This document shows, piece after piece, positions 23,184-34,224 of a stretch of 64,000 nucleotides of DNA. Below the pieces are notes generated by a model. That model searched no databases. It had not been told where the DNA came from and worked only from the letters and a program-made list of their open reading frames with translations. This stretch comes from Lepidodermella squamata. Lineage: Eukaryota > Animalia > Gastrotricha. The stretch is taken from NCBI GenBank assembly GCA_047495785.1, contig JBLDXI010000029.1, positions 2,976,001 to 3,040,000 on the forward strand. Direction: 5' to 3'. Position numbers and translations under genes: made by a program. Positions within the stretch are counted from its first letter, which is position 1. Every line of letters begins with the position of its first letter.

Positions 23184-24181
23184 TCAAGGGCCAGCGCTGC
23201 ATATTTCAATTGTCAGTCCGTAGAGGGAAACTGTTGCAGGTGACTGGACTTTTTGATTGAAGCTAATGGAGTAGCAGCAATCAGCATAGCTTGGAAAGCT
23301 ACTGATATACGATCTTTTGATCTGTTAAAGGGAAAGCGGTTAATAATGAGAAGACAGGTTAATAACAGTCTAAGAATCATCTTACGAAATTCATGCTTGA
23401 GTTTATGACGTCTGTTGACACTGAAGCCGTGTTAGGGAAGCGTACGCAGGTACCCTTTGTTTCAGCACTAGATGGGCCTGTTAGCCTGTATGGATTATTG
23501 GTCGTTGCTCCGACACAAATCATCGAATAAGTTGGAGGAGATCCTGTAATAACAGCTGGCTCGTAAAAGACATTAGCACCCGTTTGTGCGCAGCACAAGG
23601 CGAAAGTGCCGAAAGTGCTGGGTGACCCAGAGACTTGCTATGAAACATGAAGATTAAGTAGTACCAACTAAACATGGATAGTTTTACATTGCCGCCGGTC
23701 AACTGGTTGCAGGCTCCGGCGTTGGCCAGACAAAATTTAGTTCCCGGCGTGCCAACTCCTGGACCGCCAATCGTATCGATTTGACATAGATTGAAAACAG
23801 GCTACATTGTAAAAACAAAATTAAGAATTTCGATATGATTCCTGAAATTTTTTAGATCCTAACCGCGGTCATGCAAGATTTAGTCGCATCGGTACAGGCC
23901 TGGGATGACGTAACACACACGTTTGGCGATGGGCAGCTGTTGGCTGCAGGAACACACACGTTCGGTGATGGGCAAGTGTTGGCGGAAGTGACGCAGCTTG
24001 AACCAGGCGAGCATGTTGGCGACGGGCTAGGCGACAGGCTAGGCGAGTTGGATGCTGGTACAGAAGGGCATGGCGTTGTAGTAGTGGTCGTTGTTGTTGT
24101 TGTTGCTATTGTTGATGATGCTGGGCAAGCGCTGCCATCTGCGAGTATGGCAAGAAGAATGGCGCAACTAAGTATGAACAT
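23184..24181 (-). CDS. Secreted Cys-rich family protein, copy B2 (intact, ~273 aa; LINE inserted in the proximal promoter)
   Basis: Exons 24181-23864, 23801-23688, 23637-23386, 23321-23184, all phase 0. Paralogue of B1 with an extra CPSPNVCV unit in exon 1. Confidence 0.85.
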
Positions 24182-24294
24182 TCGTCCGAATGAAGTTTAA
24201 AGTTTAACAAGACAGAAAAAAGAAGATGATGAAGAAGGAAAAACGAGGCTGCTTTTATAGGCAAAGTCAGCATGCTTCTGTCGACCGTAATTAC

Positions 24295-26917
24295 AATTGG
24301 AATCTTCTTAACCCGAAGGTTGCAGAGGCGATGAAGGAAGTTTTTAATGACTTTGGCCTGCATCCGGCCTATGCTAACTTGGTAACACGTCCTGCTTCTG
24401 GAAAGTGCCTGGATCATTTCTGGTCAAACGTTCCTGACTCGGAAGTGGCAATGGCTGGGACAGTAGTCGGGCTCAGCGACCATTACGGAACGACAATGGT
24501 TCTTGAAAACAGTGGCGTTACTGAAACGAAAAATGCAGATGTTCGCGTAATACGTGACCTGCGCAACATTGACTCGAATCGTTTAAATTGCATTCTGGGA
24601 GCTAAATTAGATTCGATCGATCAGAAGGCATTTCATGACTGTGAAAGCTATTGGAAAATTATCAAAGCCTACATACTGGAAGCGGTCAACGAAGTTGCCC
24701 CGTTGATTGTGAAGAAGCCCAATCAACCAAACAAAAAGCGGAAGCCCAGTGTTGACCCGACCCTATCACAGCGTGAAAGGAAAAGAATACGTCGAAAAAT
24801 GCGTCGAGAAAAATATCACAAGCGTCTGACTGAAGGAGGTCGAGATCCGCGCAAAATATGGCGCGTGATAAATGATTTCAGACCGAAACCCAAACGCGGT
24901 GGACCCTTTCAAGAGCTCGGTGGAAATGAGTCATTGGAAAAGGCAAATGCTTTCAATGTATTTTTCGCGCAAGCCGGCGCGAAAGTTGCTCAAACATTAG
25001 CGGCGAGCCTCAGCTTTGTTAGGCGCCGAAAAAAGTATCCTAAACTCGAATTTCGGTCTGTCTCGCTAGCTGAAGTGGAGGCAGCTATCGATAAACTATC
25101 CTACAAAGCGACAACTGGCTATGACGGCATACCTGAGTGCGTTGTAAAGATGACCAAATCCACAATCTCCTGTCATCTGGCGAGATTATTCAACATGGGA
25201 ATCGCGGAAGGAGTCTTTGTTTCAGACTGGAAGATTTCGATCGTGTCTCCTCTTCACAAATCGGGAAACCGTACTGACCTAAGCAATTATCGTCCCATAT
25301 CAATAACATCACCGATCGCACGTACATTTGAGCGATGCTTGTCATTCCAACTAAAAAAGCATCTTTTCGAATTCTGGACACCGGCACAGCATGGATTTAG
25401 GGAGAAGCATTCCACAGACACCTGTGTCGGCGAATTCACTGAGGACTGGAGACGTTCTATGTGTGAAGGCAAGGTCGTTGGTGCCATTTCAATCGACCTA
25501 TCAAAGGCATTCGATACGTTGAACCATGGTGGCATCATCGAGTCATTCAAAAGTGCGGGTCTTTCAACAAGCGCCCTGAATCTACTGAGTAACTACCTGA
25601 GCGATCGCCGCCAGGCTACAAAGATTAACAGCGCACTATCTGCCTTCGAAGAAATTCACCATGGTGTGCCTCAGGGCTCAGTTTTAGGGCCACTTATGTT
25701 TACAGTGTACGTAAATGAACTATCACTCGTCGTTACGCGCTGCGGAATCAAACAATACGCAGACGATATAACAATTTATTTCGCCAGTCGGAACGTCAAC
25801 GAACTCAGATCGGTTCTTCAACAGGAAATCAATCGGGTTTGTTGCTGGTTGAAATCCAACTCCTTGCAGGTTAACGGTAAAAAGTCGCAATTTTTGATAT
25901 TGAAATGCGCGATGCCTACGGCTCCGGATTTCTGTATTAAAATCGGCGACGCAATTGTTAAGCCGTCAAGTGCAATGGTAACACTTGGCTTTACGATCGA
26001 CAATAAACTGTCTTTCAAGAAGCACATAAATGGTGCCAAAAGCAAAGCAAGAAGAGGTTTGTTTGCTCTCAAGCTGGCCTCGAAGTTCGTAAGTCGTAGG
26101 ACTGCTATCTTAATGGCCAATGGTTTGATATTTAGTCACTTGAATTACGGTGACCTGACCTTGGGCCAAGCTGCCCCGACCACACTGGCCAGGCTTCAAT
26201 CGACGCAAGACCGAGCAGTTCGAGTTATTTGTGGCGCTCATCCGCTCGCTGATGCTCAACCACTGCGACATCGCCTTGGCTGGGTTGACGTGGAACAAAA
26301 ACACGCCATCCACCTGGCCACCTTCATATGGAAGTGCCTTAACAAGCAAGCACCGGCTGCAATGCAAGCGCTTTTTTGTCTGAACCCGCCTCCCCGATAC
26401 GAGGTTCGAAATTCCGAACCCATGTTCAAGCCGAAATGCGACTCAAAACGAGAAATGCTTAGTCTGAGTTACAGAGGTCCCGAACTGTGGAATCAACTGC
26501 CTATTGAGGCACGGCAGGCCGAGTCAGCTGACATATGCCGTTCAATTGCTCACGCTTTTTTCTACAACAAAAATGCCTCTAGTTTAGCACTTTAATAAAT
26601 TGATTGCACTCTATTTTTTTACTGTTGTGAAGCTATTATGAGCTGCTACTGCCTTTCATGAAGTTGTTGAGATTTTGTTTTAATATTATCTTTATTATTT
26701 TTACACACTATGTACTACTGATCCAAATTGTTGACTGATCACTGCTACATATTAAAACGATGAATGGTCCAAACCTTTGTTTCGTCTCACTGTGTTCACT
26801 TTTCCTGTACTAAATCTGAACCTGTCCTGAAATTATCTGTTGCTTTTTCCTTCAAACATTGTCAAGCTGCCCTCTCTTGGGTGTCATAGCTTCTAAATAA
26901 ATAAATAAATAAATAAA
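24295..26917 (+). mobile_element. 5'-truncated LINE (CR1/L2-group-like; end of APE domain plus uninterrupted RT ORF) with (TAAA)n tail
   Basis: NWNLL, LDHFW and GLSDH (APE); NYRPISI, QHGFR, IDLSKAFD, GVPQGSVLGP and YADD (RT); stop at 26595; tail ~26895-26917. The empty site is visible in the paralogous B1 promoter (TAATTAC|TACCGTA, ~20091-20104). The first ~23 aa of the track ORF are host flank. Confidence 0.93.
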
Positions 26918-27945
26918 TACCGTAACATTCAACATTCGAAAATGTCAGCCAAACCCTAAAAAATTCATTTGCTTAGTCTTATCGAAAGAAACTAACTTCA
27001 TCTCGCAAAATGGGATGATTCACTGTCTCTGAACGGAATTCAGCGGTCTCCTTCCAGCCGCGGCTACCTTGAGGTCTTGTCGAGTAAATACGCCTCGAAA
27101 ACATGGCCGTGACTTCAAAGCCTAACACGTGGTAAGCATAATATCAAATCCATGGGTTGTACGTTAATTATCTGAGTTTTTTTCATGAGGCAATAGATAT
27201 CGTAGCGCGAGGGGAGCCACAGTCACGGGCGTTTAATTTTCTTGCGTTGACTATCCGTGCCTGAGAAGAGGCAAGCACTGCAGTATCATAACAATGAGCT
27301 GTAGCGTAATATACAAGATTTTTCTTGAAGCCTGCCACGGCCACCGGCGTTTGATGGTGTAGCGGGAGTATATCAGCTGATGGATTTAATCGGTTTGCTC
27401 GTTGCCGCTAAAGTCACGTGTGTAAAGAGCATGCACCGTGGTGAAACGATGCTCAAATTTCGTTACGATGAAACACTGTCCAGAGCGTGGGTGCTATACT
27501 TTCACGGTTTGTTTTGTTTGAGGCAAAAGATGAGCAACGCCGTTTCACCTGGCGTCTTTCTTCATCGTCGGAACCATCAGTTTTTTAGGCGAACACATTT
27601 GAGCAGGGGGGCTACAGCATTTTTCATTATATAAATGTCTAGAGCTTGAAGCTGCCGAGGCTAAACCATGGTCACAAAGTAGCAGTACTATACTTTCTTT
27701 TGTCACTAAGGTGTAAAATGTTCTCGATGATTCAACTCCGGAACAAATCTGCTTGAACTTGCTGACTTGAAATTGGTCACAGAAGCGGTAAAACTAATTA
27801 GTATCTCGTCTCATACTATATTCTATTGTTCCTGTTCATCCTGGACGATACTGCAAAATCTCTGACGCAACGGAATATGAGTTCCCTAAATATCAACTAC
27901 GCAAGACGGCCTCGGCAAATCACTGCATCGCAAACCACTCAGCTG

Positions 27946-28048
27946 AAAATTTCTGAAAAACGTAAGGGTCCCCCCTGTTTATTTGCCAATTTTGGGCTCA
28001 AAATGGCTCTATTTACCCCCCTCAGAGCTGGACCTAGTCGGATCACTG
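27946..28048. mobile_element. hAT-type MITE lacking its left end, with 8-bp TSD CTCAGCTG
   Basis: Matches the right two-thirds of 32743-32896; TSD at 27938-27945 and 28049-28056; empty site at ~21225. Confidence 0.8.
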
Positions 28049-29266
28049 CTCAGCTGCATTCCTCTCGCCGCCTCGAGCTCGATAGTGATCCTCATGTTGT
28101 TATCCAGTTGTCCAGTGTATCTCGGATGGCACGGAATACAGAAAAACTTTTCCTGCACGAATGACCGTAGGAATCGAGGCTGCGAAGCATAGAGCGAAGT
28201 AGGACCGCAGAACTGGTAGGGACCAGAAAAATCGGCATAAGGGTCCCCCTTTGGTCTTTGAATGAGCTCACCGTAAGGACCGATGGAACTGGTAGGGATG
28301 ACCATCCCTAGCTGTACTTCGCTCTCTGCTGCGAAGTAATCGAACACTGTGTGGAGATTGAAGCCAAGACGTTTTCTTCATAACTTCCATCCAAATTGTT
28401 TTTGAATGGCAGGTGGCCAAAGGTGATTGGAGTGAGAATTGAATACTGGGAAATAACATAAACAGTCCATATGTTAATGTCCCTCATATATTCTCATAGA
28501 ATACCAGAATGCCATTATTCATAAACCAGGGTGAATTTTACTTCAAGTTTACTTCAAACTCAACCGCATCTTGAAAGAAATCTTGAAGAGAAAGGTTCTA
28601 GTGGCTTTTATTATTAGGCCTGTTGCGGCGATCATCCAACTTATGCCGTAATACAGCCAATGGAGGTCCGAGGTCCGAGTGCGAAGCCACTTTCAACTAA
28701 TCTTTTTGATGTTCTCAAAGCTGTGGCTTATCGGGTTTTTTTTTACTTCTGGAAGGTGGAAGGAAGCTAATTCAACCTTTGTTGATCTCGTAATAAGGGC
28801 GATGGTAAATACAAAGACAAAGGCACCGCTGAAGACAACATGGATTCAATTTATGCAGCGAGCTAGGCCTCTCCTTGTTACACACCCTTAAGTGCCTTAA
28901 CCCTTTTAGTCCAGATACGCTGCATCGGTGAAGATTGAAACGAACCAATGATGATTAATAGACGCGCATTCAGAGTTAAGCAAACCATTGAGCTGAAAAT
29001 CGCAATTTCAATGAAATTTGCACGCAATTCTCTGAAGGCGGTCCCAGTCGAATTACGTTGGAAACCCGATCAAAATAGCATCTGTAGAATTTACACATCA
29101 CATTGAAGTTTGCATGGACGTAGGTGTTCAAAGTTGTACCGGATTACGGTATAACAGTTGAAGTTTCGCTCACAAATATCACTACGATCAAGTTGAAAGA
29201 TCGAAGTTTTTTTATTAGGGAGAGGTGGATTGGCATCGCTCCAAAGTGAGACCATACGCCGATGTT

Positions 29267-30358
29267 CCCACATGGTTGGTTATTTTTTGCTTCAATGGAA
29301 AATGTGATTCCGCCCGGTGTTTCCGCCCGGTGATTCCGCCCGCTCACGCGTTTTAAGGTGGATCTTTTATTATTAATTTCGGTTAAAATCCAAATCATTG
29401 AATTACTGGGCGAACCAGACTCCATTTAGGGATTGGACTAGCAAAGCAAAAATTTGAACCAAAATAAAGCATTTTAACAAAAACCATTTTTATTGAACAA
29501 TAATACTGTGGGAGAGCTTATAAACAATAGTCAGTTCTGGATGTGACATGCACCGTGCAGTAAATTACTTGACAACTGGCGTCGACCGTGAAATGGCGTG
29601 ATTCAAACCGGTTCTTCAGGCTTAACAGGATCACAGCCCAACAATGCCAATGCCGTCGCTTCGCATAGAGATTTTCCACCGAAAGTCGTTGAACAGCATA
29701 GTCGGCGTATCGTTTCCTGGAATTTTGCACCGTGCCAATTGTCTCAAGCGCCAATTCTCCGATGTATTGTTGCAGTTATTCAGCAACGCCTTCAAAGTCA
29801 TCGCCGTCATCGCCGTCGGATTGAACACTGGATTGAACACTGAACATCGGCGAAGAGGAAATTCGGGCTTTTGCTATAGCAGCTCGATATCTTGAGCATT
29901 GCGGTTTTCACGAGCTGATTGGTGTCGCTCAGACTGCAACAGCCATATCCATTTGGTTAGAATCGACTGCGTTTCCGAGGATTAAATCGCCGATGCTGTG
30001 CGTGGTTTCAACCAACAAAGAATTCAGTGCAAAAATTGATTTAAAAAAGGAATGAAACAATTAGAATTTGTTAATCGATTTTTTAAGGTTGATTTTTTAA
30101 TTTCAACAATATTAATTTAGTCAGACACAGTGGGTATGAGTGTTTAGGCATTTTATCCAGATTTCCAGTGGAAAATTGGGTTTTTATTCAGAAAATAACC
30201 AACAATGTGGGAACAGGAATCCTAAACTTGTGTTTCGGGCAAAAACTCGATTTCAGCCCTTGAAAATACCCTCGGGCTTCGCTTCGCTACGCCCTCGGGC
30301 ATTTTCAGCGGGCCGAAATCTCGTTTCTGCCCTCAACACCGTTAAGGATTCCTTAATT
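29267..30358. mobile_element. Helentron/DINE-1-like non-autonomous insertion at a TT site
   Basis: Empty site GATGTT|GTCGCATA in copy E. Terminal CCCACATGGTTGGTTATTTT is inverted subterminally at ~30190-30210, followed by a ~140-bp terminal hairpin (30214-30354). No TSD other than TT. Confidence 0.6.
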
Positions 30359-31186
30359 GTCGCATAGTTCACAGTATTGGGGGCGTTACCAATGCTAGTT
30401 CCAGCTACCAGAGCAGCACAACAAGCTGTGTACGACGTGAAGGCTTTTAATGAAGGGCTCGGCTTCTGAGATGGTAATGGTTGATTTGCAATTAATAAAA
30501 ATTAATAAAATTAATAAAAAAGAAGAAGGTTACTTACGACTCCTGGTCCTGCTTCAACGTCAGCGACAGCATTGGCAGTGTGCGGGAATCGAACACAGTT
30601 GCCAACTTTGACGTCGATAGCAACAGCTGTGACCTTGTATGGCGTTGAATCATCAGTTCCGATGCAAGCCAGAGCTGGAGCTACAGCGGCTGTGAGGCCT
30701 GGAAGAATTTCGTAGCGAATGTTAGCAGCGTTCGGCGGAGCAGGGGCTGCCGCGGCGCAGCAGTCTGGGAACGAGCTGAAGGAGAATAGCGCAATTGGAG
30801 TTGCAGGGGTTTGCTGAGGAAACAACGAATGCTATTCACTGCTCGATCGTGATGTCTCTATCATCATACTCTATCATACCGTGAATGTCGATGGGTTAAA
30901 TGCGGCGGCGCAAGCCAGGCCGTTGGCAATGCACAGCTTGACAGTCTTAGAAATGGCTGTGCCAAAGGTCATCCCAGTGCATAATTGGAAAGTTTGCTGT
31001 TGCATAATGAATAATATTGAGTATTGAGTTAGCAAGAAGTCCGGATTTCCAAAAGCTTACCCACAGGCTTATAAAATTTAGAGAGGGGGAAGCAAGGGGG
31101 GAGGGGGACTTGCATGAAAAATATTTTGGGCTCATAGGCAACTCGAGTTCGCAATATAACCGCTTTTTCAGCGGCTTTGGATGTGC

Positions 31187-31422
31187 AATTGGGTCACATG
31201 GGTCGCTTGAACAGGTAAACGGGTCAAAATCTCAAGTGATGGAAATTCCATGGGGTGAAGGTACCTACCGATTATTGACAAATTTCACAAAATCGCATGA
31301 CAAATAGCTCAAATAACTTCGCTATCGCGCAGAATTACTAAATTTGCCGTGCAATTCTGTGAAATTTTAAATTTGGGATGTAGACCCGTTTACCTGTTCA
31401 AGTAGACCAACGTGACCTAATT
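31187..31422. mobile_element. MITE-like inverted repeat in intron 1 of copy C
   Basis: AATTGGGTCACATGGGTCGCTTGAACAGGTAAACGGGTC / GACCCGTTTACCTGTTCAAGTAGACCAACGTGACCTAATT. Confidence 0.65.
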
Positions 31423-32611
31423 TTCAATGATTCAAATGTTGTGTTTTTCGCCCACTAGGTATTATTTCTTCGCGTTTACTCTTCAGAGGAGCATCTTGCG
31501 ACAATGATCACCTGTGAAAGTGAGGTCATAAATTTACCGTGGTTTGGCAACTCTGACTTGCCGGGCAAGGATTTACCTTTGGCATTTGGCACACAGCTTT
31601 TCGTCAACATATCGCAAATATTTGCCGTCGGCACGCATGGGCAAGATGGTGTGACAGGCGGCGGTGTAAACGGAACGAACTGGGGGCCACCGGTCGCTTC
31701 CGAAGCGGTCGATGAACACGCACTGGTCAATTTTAGAAATAATGATGATGATAACATTAAGTAAATCAGTCGAGATTTCAAGCCAGTTATTAAAGGCGAC
31801 AGAGAAGCTATCAGAACCTGGTTCCCGCGTGGAATTGTGAAATGATTTCTCGACTTTGAAAATCTATGCACGTACGCCATCTCGTGGTTACAACAAAACG
31901 AAAACACAACTGACAGCTTCAATGTGTATATGTTAACGTGACCACTACTGTCATTTTCCTTCATCGCGGGAAGCGAAATAACGTTCACATAGGTACTTTA
32001 ATTCTTGTTAATTTTATTTCTTTTACATTAAAAATCAGAACGAGCAAATAAGACATCAGTGCGAGGCAAGGTGCGCAAAGGGGAAAAGATCATTTTATGC
32101 GGCGCTATGGAACGTGAATAATATGTTCTCAGCCCATCCTTACCCTTCACAGCCATTCCCAGCCCATATCAACCAATCAGGAGCCTCGGAGCCATCAGGA
32201 AAAAAGATAGGAATCGTTTGGTCTTCCATTACTGATGATGAAAGTCGAGATGTCCACAATGAGGGCAACTTAAAATACTTTAAAGTCTACCAAATACCGA
32301 ATCTCAATTTGTCGTTTTTAAATGTTTTGTTTCACTTTGCCAACAACGTCATCCGAAACGTCTGTAACGGAGAGTAAGGCAGGGCGAAATTCGAGCGTTC
32401 ATCTGTATAACGTTTATGAAACCCTAGAATAATTAGGTAATCTTCAACTTCAATTCATTAGCAATTTTCGAATTTCAAAAACTCAATACTGAATTAGTTT
32501 AAATATGGGCTATTTTGTTATCCATTTTCGAATTTTCAAATCGATCATTTGTAATTTTCAGGTATTTTTCCACAATTGCTCATCGATTTCTATCATTTAT
32601 TATAATTTATT

Positions 32612-33163
32612 CATAGAGAAAAAAGTGACCAGCACTCAAGCTAAAAATTTGGTCTGCTTTATTAAATGAGTGCTTTCTCAAAACGGATATATCTGTTTTT
32701 CACCAACTTTTGAATGCCTATAGAACGCGAGCTGCTCTTTCACAGTGCTCCGAGTACGGGGGGAAGGGGGTAAATAACCCCCCCTGGCCCTCGAAAATTT
32801 CTGAAATACGTAAGGGTCCCCCCTGTTGATTTGCTAATTTTGGGCTCAAAATGGCTCTATTTACCCCCCTCAGAGCTGGACCTAGTCGGATCACTGCTCT
32901 TTCACGTGGTATAAGATTTGAGGTGGGCCGTTGTTACGATACAAAAACCTCTTTTTCACTATGGTTTCATCTGTTTTGATGAGATCAAGACTGATCAGCA
33001 ATTGCCCACCTCAAATCTTATACCAAATCTTATACCACTTATACCATATAGGCATTCAAAAGTTGGTGAAAAACAGATATATCCGTTTTGAGAAAGCACT
33101 CATTTAATAAAGCAGATCAAAATTTTAGCTTGAGTGCTTACTCTGGTCACTTTTTTCTCTATG
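32612..33163. mobile_element. Palindromic MITE (CATAGAGAAAAAA family) carrying nested insertions
   Basis: Inverted arms of ~110 bp. Contains a hAT MITE and a further inverted repeat TGGTATAAGATTTGAGGTGGGC / GCCCACCTCAAATCTTATACCA (~32907-33025). Confidence 0.8.
32743..32896. mobile_element. 154-bp hAT-type MITE with 8-bp TSD CTCTTTCA
   Basis: TIRs CAGTGCTCCGAGTA / TAGTCGGATCACTG; exact TSD at 32735-32742 and 32897-32904. Confidence 0.88.
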
Positions 33164-33497
33164 CATTTATTATAATTTTCGTTACTTACGACTCTTGGTA
33201 AGAGTCCTGTAAGATCATTTTAAATTCGTTCATTTTCAGAGCTGGTATTGCCAACTCAAGATCTCACGACTGTCGAAGGTGTTCAGAGGGGACTACTCCA
33301 AACCAAAATAAAAGCTACCATAACAGCCAAACTTTTCGATTGTTGCGCAACGAGAACAATCGGATTTTTTTGGCTGTTTTGGTCTCTTTCGTTTTGTCTT
33401 GGGTGTTTTGGAGTAGTCCCGTTCAGAGCGTTGTAACAATGTTGGCTGCTTCCTCAGTCCTATCGCCTTTCTTACTCTCGACAAAGTATCAGCTAAT

Positions 33498-33860
33498 CGG
33501 TTCATTGTTTAATGATCTCATGAATTACGTGTCATTTTGTTATTATTTTTTACTATACAAACTACACAAATGTGAAATTGACGCAGCTATTATCCAGCGC
33601 TAACTCATTACAAGCTACGTGAGTTTTTTCATCGTGATCCTGATACATTTGTAATAATTGAATAAGTTGTAATAACACTACAGTGATAATCAAGTGACTG
33701 ATGTGATAAATAAAATACACTTGAGGCAACACTTTTCATGTATTGTTGACGATGTCGCAAACTATTTGCGATTAGGTTGGCTCACCAACGCCTTGCTCAA
33801 AAATGGTTAAAAACAATCTCGAACCTCGAGCTCATAAAAAAACATGTTGGCGATAATTAA
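33498..33860 (+). repeat. Dispersed/duplicated non-coding block (copies at ~37881-38245 and partially at ~41000-41120)
   Basis: CGGTTCATTGTTTAATGATCTCATGAAT...CTCGAGCTCATAAAAAAA is shared between copies. Confidence 0.75.
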
Positions 33861-34224
33861 TCTGGTTTTTATTTCCAAACCCTTAATCTCAGGTCAACGA
33901 ATACCATGCTCTCACCTAAGATATTAATACTGACATCCCGTGTATCAACATATCGATTTTGCATCATTAATTATTAGCAAACGGGTTTTTATTAACAGGA
34001 TCGAATTTTCTCAATTAAAAAAATCAAAATCGCATAATTAACGGTAGAAGATTGAAATGTTGCTACGGTTTAGTATTTTGTTTGCTTTCACGGAACAACT
34101 TATACATGAATTTTGTTTACCCGGTCCTTCGGCATTCGGCATCAATTTGTGCGACGGAAATTATAATATAGCATGGAAATGTTTCGCTCACAAAGCTTCG
34201 ATCAAGCTCGAGGTCTAAGTTTCT

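Larger units (their letters stand above)
29215..31757 (-). pseudogene. Cys-rich family copy C: apparent frameshift at the end of exon 1, exon 4 split by a 1.1-kb insertion
   Basis: Exon 1 ~31757-31538 (TSA|CSST...; terminal PCPASQSCQTT is out of frame); exon 2 ~30996-30880; exon 3 ~30814-30538; exon 4 pieces ~30465-30359 and 29266-29215. Confidence 0.75.

Noticed and set aside
24226-24294. N-terminus MMKKEKRGCFY... of the 789-aa ORF as a host-LINE fusion protein
   Set aside because: This is the antisense strand of B2's 5'UTR/TATA region, also present in B1 without a LINE; a chance in-frame ATG.
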